This document shows positions 57,375 to 64,000 of a DNA stretch of 64,000 nt, piece by piece. Positions within the stretch are counted from its first letter, which is position 1. The number at the start of each line of letters is the position of its first letter. The stretch spans positions 310,001-374,000 of the forward strand of contig CDRNVI010000029.1 of assembly GCA_977017575.1 (NCBI GenBank), in the 5' to 3' direction. The stretch comes from Paramoeba atlantica (lineage: Eukaryota; Protista; Discosea). Both the position numbers and the translations under genes were made by a program. The notes beneath the pieces are model-generated. The model worked only from the letters and a program-made list of their open reading frames with translations, ran no database searches and was not told the origin of the DNA.

Positions 57375-60300
57375 ATTATCATACAGTTAATCTGCAGAGA
57401 TTTGGTAAAGTGAATATCGGAAAACAATTCCGTTATCCGCGCACACAACGCGTTTAATTCACTTTTAGTTCAAGCAACGTTTGAATTTGGGTCATAGATC
57501 CAGTTTACGTCATTGCGGTGCTGAAAAATTTGAAAACTTCCTCGCAGTGCGCTCTGGGTCATACTTTGCCGGCATGCTTCGATGAGGCTATCGTTTCCAA
57601 GAAAAAGAGAGTTCAGAGCTCGAGCTGAGCTGTGGAGCTTCCCTCTTGCGCCTACTTCGAACACCAGAAGAAAGGTGGCTGGGTGCTCAAGCTTCCTGGA
57701 ATGATAAATATTTGTGTACTTGTTCATTTTCCGTTCATGTGCGTAAGCAAAGTTCTCCTCCCAGGGGCAAGTGAGCTCTATGATATATTCTTCCCCGTTT
57801 GCCAGTTTCACCCAGCGGTCCGGTCGGAGCTCAGTGTCCAAGTTTGTGAGCCACGACGGAGTAGAGCGGAACTGTGGAAGATCAAAGTGTGCGAGTCTTG
57901 TTGCAGGAGAATTGGCCACACAGTATGCTAGGGTTTGGAGGACTAGATCATGCCGCAGGGTGTATCGGCCCTGTTCGAGTGATTTTGCACACCCGGAGAG
58001 GATATGGCGTGTGGTCTGCGTTTCGGTTCTGCATATCGGGCACTTGTCGCTGGTGTGGGTTGAAACGCCCCATTTGCGGAGTGATGCCCTCGTAGGAAGG
58101 GGGGTCTGAGTAATAACTGATGCCGTAAATCTTGAGAGGCTTTCGTTTTTCAGATTACATAGTGCAGCGGCAAAATCCCTCGCTAGATCCGCCTCAGTGG
58201 CCATCCTGAACCATTGCCCAGCTACGGTCGTACGTCGTTGAACAGCTTGGGAAAGGTGACGCTCATATTCAGTTGCAAGTACTCTTCGGATATTACCGCC
58301 TTGGAGGCTTTGAATGTCAATTGAGGGTCGAATGTGCCCGGATTGTCTCTTCGCTTGTTCTCGACGAATACGTTCGCGCAGTGAATACTTGACAGCAGGA
58401 TCCTTTGATTTCTCCATTTGCTGAGTAGTTTGTGCTGTGCATAAGAGCCACAGTTTCGACAAGCTCATGAGGTTCCACCCGTGCTCGGAGTAGAGAAGTT
58501 CACTCGTGGCTGTTTTGGCGAGGTTGAGCCATTTACGGATCGCTTGTGTAGCGTACCTCTGAAGACGAAGCACGTTGTTGAACGAGAGGCAGGTATTCAC
58601 AACAAGGGAATAACGAAGACGCGAGATGACACCCTGGTTGTATATCCAGAGTCGTGCGGGCAGGTCATGGGCACTATTCGTAATATTTTGTAGCCACATG
58701 CGCAGACGAGCTCGCAGTTTCTGGAAGAGAATCTTGCCTTGTTGTGCACCTGGAGCAAGCGTCATCCCTAAGAAGGTGCTTCCTTTGTCGCATATCTGGG
58801 GAATCGGAGCTCCATTGATCGTGAGCTGAGGACGCCGAGTCATATAACCCGAGTCTTGCGTCATTGACATGTGCTGAATTCGGCACTTTTTAACGTTGAG
58901 GTTCATCCCAATGTCGGAAAGCCTTTTACAAGGACATTGGTGGCATTTTGCATTTCCCTGGGGGTATTCGTAATGATGGTAAGGTCGTCGGCGAAGGCTT
59001 TGAGAAAAGTCTCTTTGTCATCCCATGTGATCCCATATTGTGGGCAGCTTGATCGAACAAAACGCAGAACCAACTCCATGCAAGATTGAATAGTATGGGG
59101 GAGAGAGTGTCGCCCTGCAATACACCTCGATCTATCGGGATGGGTTTTGTAAGACCTTCAGCGCACTTGATTTGAATGGATGCTTTCTCGTAGAGTTGTT
59201 CTATGTATTGAACGATAATTGGAGATACGCGCGCCCATTTTAGTGCCTGTAACAGCACAGTATGGGGTACGGACCCGAAAGCATTTTTGATGTCGAACTG
59301 TGCTAGACAGTATTGTCGTTTGTGGCGTCTTTGGTATTCGAGGAGTTCACATACTTCACATAAACTTGAGTGTGCTCTACAGTACCATTCATGTGCGGGA
59401 GAAAACCTTTTTGTATCGACGTGTCTATGGCGTGAGAGTCGAGGGCGTGGTGGAGGATGCGATGACTTATGATTGAGTGAAAAAGTTTCCCGAGACAGCT
59501 GGTAAGGCTAATTGGGCGCCAGTTTTCCATGAGTTTGGTGTCGCCTCCTTTGTGGATCAGTCGGGTGACGGCCGTTTTCCATGTCGGCGGGCATACGCCG
59601 AATTTGAGTATATCGTTGAATACCTGCGCGACGACCGAGTAGATGGAAGGGCAACGCTTTAACAAGATGTTGGTTATGGTATCTGACCCCGGGGCGGCCC
59701 CCGAACGTTTTGATGATATGGCTGCGGCAATGGTGGGTCCATCTATCTCGACTCATTCCATGTGTCCACGTGGTCTAGGTTCGGTAAACTCATCTGGTGG
59801 GATGCTGAATGTCCCGTCCGGTTTGGTCAAGGATGTCTCGAAGAAGCGTTCGACCTCCTGGATGGGCACTGTGGGATATAATGAGTCTTTCCCGTCGCGA
59901 TCTGCATCGTGGTGGTCTAAGCACTCCCCTGCAGCTGTCCACGGGTTGCGTTGAAATCGAGTTTGAGCCCACTGTCGTTCGATTTCCATTTTTTGTAGGC
60001 GTGCTTCTTCCTCGTATAGTTTTAGCGCTTTGTGTGCTTCTTTTATCCTCCCTCTTTGGGCATATCGCTCTGGGCCGTGCATAAAGGTCAGTGACCGTTT
60101 TAGTTGACGAACGTGTAGATTTAATGACTTGAGGGTACGGTCGATGGCAAGGGGGCGTGAGCTACTTTTGGACCTGCCTGTTCGGGTTCGAAGTAGAAAC
60201 CCGCGTGTGGGGTTAATCTCTTTCGCAGTTTCGTAGACGGATACAGCCAAGATGGCAGAGATGACTTCAGCTTGGAACAGTGCGTCTTCTTTACTTCGCG

Positions 60301-62358
60301 CAGGGTGCATGAATGCATTGCAACGTCCTTCAATTCTTGAGATGGTGAGATCCCATTGGCCAGTGTCAAAGTGCACCAGGGCACGTCCACCTTGAATGGT
60401 GCGGAATGTTTCAAGCATGCTCTCGAGCTCCGAGCGTGGGCAGGGTGGTGTGGTATGCGATGCGTTTGTTCGTGGGGTTCGTTGGAGTATAGTGTGGGCA
60501 CCGTTGTGGTATGAGCGGTCTGAGATCGGATCTGGGCGTCGTTCAGTAGACATTGCGGCGTTTGCAGGATGCGGGGGAGAATCTGCGACGGGGGTTGTTG
60601 GAAAGCGGTCGGCGAGGGGCTCAGGTTGTGAGGATGGTTGAACTTCCTGGGGGGCAGGCAGTGCGGTCGGTTGGATCGGTCTATCGAGTATAAGGAGGTT
60701 TCGTACAGTCCAAGATATTGCAGAGCAGGCGATTTCTCCAGCTCTCACGAGCGCGCCTTTTTGGCAGCAGGCGTGTTGGCATTGCGATTTATCTTTGCAC
60801 TTATGCTTGCAGGGACGACGTGGTCTTGTGTCTCGTGATACGTCATTTTCGTTACTGGGGGACGGTTCGTTGGGGGCGGTGCCGGGAGGCTGGGTGTTGG
60901 GAAGTGGAATTTCTCCCATGGTCCCTTCCGTGGTCTCCGTTCGCATGGTTGGCGTCTCTGCTGTGGGAATTTCGGTTACATCCGTGGAAGCCGATGTCCA
61001 CGGAATTAGATTTCGCAATGACCATGAGTGGTTTCTATTCGCCGTTGGACTGATGCGGACTCCCTCCTTGCAACATTTGTGCTTACATAGAGTCTTATTG
61101 CCACACTGATGCGTGCATGGACGGTAGTTGTCCCGGTTGGCCGTCTCTGTTGCGTTAGGATCGCTGTTGCTCCCTTGTGGCGGTGGTTGTGTGTGGGGCA
61201 TAAGTCGTGTTGGTCTTGCGAGACTCCTTTCCGAGCTGTTAGTTTCTATTGCATGTGCGTGTATGCGATTTTCCGTGTTCGTGCATGTGATCGTCGTCAT
61301 ATCGGGGTGGGCATCGATCGAGTGGGCAGGGGTAAAGTTCGTATGTGTAACCGGTTGATCCATTGGAGGCTGTGCGGAATGCAAGTCGTGGTGTACCATC
61401 AGTTCGTCTTTGGATACGAGCACACCGATTTTGCAACAACTGTGTAGACATTTTGTTTTGTCGCGACAGGTGTGCTTGCAAGGTCTTCGCGTCTCCGTAT
61501 TTGTATGGTGACGGATGGAGTTCGTTGTTGTGACAAGTGGTGCCTCCCTTTCCGTACTATTCGGTCCCACGGTGGTAGCTTCTGCGGGCGGATTAACCAC
61601 GGCGGTGGCTTTACAGCACGCATGCAGGCATGAGTTTTTGTCGCGACATTTGTGGTTGCATGGTCGACGTGGCTTTGTAGGTTGTGATGAGGTTTCCGGT
61701 CCTGTTGGCTGTTCCCGGATCCTGTATGCAGCATCGTAGGTGATTTGATGTTGTAACCAAGTCCCGCTTGTGGACTCAGTGCTTCGCGCTACATGTTTTA
61801 TTTCATACTGGGACAGTCCAGGGACATTGTCGCCGTTTAATTTTTTCATCATCGCCCTGCTTAAGTTTTGGGGAGACGAATAATGCGAGTCGAGACACAT
61901 CTCCGAGTCGTGAAAAGTGGACGTCCAGCTGGCGTGGCGGAAAGTGCGGTGAGGTGGTTTCTTCTCTTTATATTCCAGGTATTCACATGCACCATGGTCC
62001 ATAACATTCTGTACTGTGCATTTATCGACGACTAGCCCGTCACTTCTTTTGTTCTCTGTTTTTAGAGTCTTGTTTAGGGAAGCTTCGGCAGTGTGTACAC
62101 TCGAGAAGAACTTCTTATCGGTAAGAAAGACAGCCGCGGCGTGTGTATCCGGAAAATATGACCACTGAACGCTTGAAGCGAGTCGAAGTTTCACTGGTAC
62201 CGCGCGACTCTGGATGAAGTGGAAATTCTGTTGCTTCGCGCTGACAGGTCCTCGAGGAAGGCCGTCGTGCGCGTCGGGAGCAGATGTGATAACATTGGAG
62301 GACATGCTCCGAGAGATAAGTTTAGTACAAAACAACAAGGTACAGAAACTGTATCTTT
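57375..62358 (-). mobile_element. Near-intact ~5 kb RLE-type non-LTR retrotransposon (HERO-like), single ORF of about 1610 codons with three lesions
   Basis: ATG at 62305. N-terminal Cys/His repeats; RT motifs APGSDTI, WKTAVTRLIHK, NWRPISL, QKGF, DIKNAFGSV, GVLQGDTLSPILF, FADD; CCHC; RHD; RPD; ELTCPWEEN; stop at 57470. Lesions: TGA at 59753-55 and 1-nt frameshifts near 59360 and 59080. Confidence 0.95.
62333..62358 (-). other. 3' part of the spliced leader at the 5' end of the retrotransposon
   Basis: AAAGATACAGTTTCTGTACCTTGTTG is identical over 26 nt to 53301-53326 and ends 27 nt upstream of the element ATG. Confidence 0.85.
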
Positions 62359-62707
62359 TCCTCTATCTTTCACCTTTTCCTCTATCTTTTACCTCGAATT
62401 TTATCAGAGCTGGGTAATTTTCATCAACTCGAAGTTCCTTCATTAAGCCGAAATACACACCCCTGTATACAGCTGGAAGAACAATCACTAACTACTTGAT
62501 CTAAGCTCATCTCAAGGAATAAAAGGAGTAATCACTGCCCTTTAAGTAGTAGCTTTAGTAATTCCTATAGTAATTACGAGATTTACTAACTTAAGCTATG
62601 CAATTTAGACATACATTGTGCGAGTAAGTGAGTACAGTACTAGAGTACCGTACTCGCCGTACTCGCTGTATGCGAGTACGGTACTCGCTCAAAAAATGGT
62701 AAATATA

Positions 62708-63570
62708 CAGGGGTGCAAATCAGATGCTGGGGGGTATAAAATTAGCAATTTTTGCGCAATTTTGGAAAATAATAGCGCGTTCGAGAGCTCTCGCAGAGAT
62801 CTACGTATTTGGATAGTCGGTTTTCCGGGGTGTAAGGGGGTGGTCAACTGAGGAGAAGCCCAAAAACGTCAAAATGCAAAGAACGAATGAAAATTTTTGT
62901 ACGTTCAATAATTACAACTTTCCCCTTATTTTTCTACTACTATGTCGAAACGCCGCGGCATGCTGTTTAAAGTGCTTATGAGCATGTCATGACCATCTGT
63001 TTTAATGTAATCAACCGCCTTTTCAATAGAATACAAAAGTTCAGTCCTATTTTCTGGATTTGTACCATCTTTAATTAAGGTGTCCATGATGTCCCAAGTG
63101 TTTTCAGTAGGGTTAAGATCTGGGGATTTTGGGTGAAAGTCTAAAACAAAGACTTGGTTTTCTCGAAAGGTTTTAAAGGTGCCATTGTGACAAGGAGCAT
63201 TACCCATGGCAACTCTAGTACCGCTATGACGCTTCAAGTAACTTAAGAAACCTCCCCTTTTTGTCATAGCTGCTTTAAAAACATTTGAAGTAATCGTAAC
63301 CTTCCCATTTCTGTCCCTTTTGGGAAAGACGTGATAAAAAACTCCATAAATAAGGCTTATACCCATCCAAACGTTTACTCCATCCCCCCCAAACCATTTT
63401 TGCGCAGCTTTTAGGGGTGGCTTGGGGGGGCCACTCACTCGGCTAATGTAAGAACGGCCTTCGCGCCCAAGTTGACAAGTGAACTTTTTTTCGTCGCACC
63501 AAATAATGTGACGAAGCTGTGCGACGGAACACTTCTGCATTCTGTATTTTTGGGTACAGTTTGAGTGTAG
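62708..63570 (-). mobile_element. Tc1-like transposon remnant with D32E spacing, 5'-truncated
   Basis: TA|CAGGGGTG terminus with the family TIR motif. Transposase 62926-63540 has IIWCDEKKF, M(G)NAPCH (catalytic D mutated) and PKSPDLNPTENTW. Confidence 0.88.
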
Positions 63571-63678
63571 GATAACTGATTTTTTTCTCCTTGGTTTTCT
63601 TACATTTTACCCAACCAACTCTTCTGTAGATAATCCCGTAGATACTAGTAATATATCCTTCCGTGCAGCTCGCTAAGA

Positions 63679-64000
63679 ATGTTGCGTCATTCACTCACTC
63701 GATTAGTCGCTGATTTCGGTGAGGAGGGTAAACGGAAGAGACTGCACCAGCACTACGGTAGAATTGCGTTGCCGCGCAAGCGATGGGGGAAGGGTCCTAG
63801 CCATCGCACCGCAGATAGCAACCGTTTGATTTCCATGCCGGTCTTCTCACAACTTGTCTCCGAACTCGATGACGCATTTCTTTCCGAGAAAGGAATTCCA
63901 AAAGAGGAGATTCGATGGAGGGACGAGCGATGGTTCCGATGGGTGTGTCATACCTGCAAACACACGTACATGAAACCGGTCTCCGACCGCACGAAACACG
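63679..64000 (+). CDS. Partial CDS, probable mitochondrial zinc-ribbon protein (runs off the window; absent from the ORF track)
   Basis: Hand translation from ATG 63679: MLRHSLTRL...WFRWVCHTCKHTYMKPVSDRTKH, open to the window end; W-x-C-x2-C-x-H ribbon pattern. Confidence 0.7.
   Translation, partial: MLRHSLTRLVADFGEEGKRKRLHQHYGRIALPRKRWGKGPSHRTADSNRLISMPVFSQLVSELDDAFLSEKGIPKEEIRWRDERWFRWVCHTCKHTYMKPVSDRTKH

Noticed and set aside
56687-59755. TGA read as a sense codon (in-frame TGA in the retroelement and in Merlin)
   Set aside because: These occur only in elements with other lesions. Host genes use TGG for conserved Trp, and several end at TGA (8522, 15648, 40121).

Overview
This is eukaryotic nuclear DNA: gene-dense, with no recognisable introns, and every recognisable host gene on the + strand. 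Two spliced-leader-like sequences, a kinetoplastid-type U2AF35 and MLRR-type mitochondrial presequences point to a kinetoplastid polycistronic unit, plausibly a Perkinsela-like lineage (inference). Host genes include LYAR, RPT6, a truncated cullin, an LRR protein, DUF179, ankyrin-TPR, ABHD11-like, ZADH2/PTGR3-like, SWS1/ZSWIM7-like, U2AF35, COQ8, a LYR protein and a class B DnaJ. A ~6.3 kb SMG1-like PIKK gene is broken. Intergenic DNA is rich in Tc1/mariner remnants (DD34E and DD32E) and MITEs, plus a Merlin/IS1595 transposase apparently fused to a SWIM finger. The strongest signal is a family of RLE-type (HERO-like) non-LTR retrotransposons. Two copies begin with the spliced leader: a near-intact ~5 kb element, and a 5'-truncated fragment whose junction maps next to an internal AG. 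Two copies share a 3' hairpin with the same stem as the SL. The long copy has four Mer3/HFM1-like Cys/His clusters in its N-terminus. Several CDSs also contain GC-rich islands that flip from C-rich to G-rich. All alignments and counts were done by eye; no database search was run.
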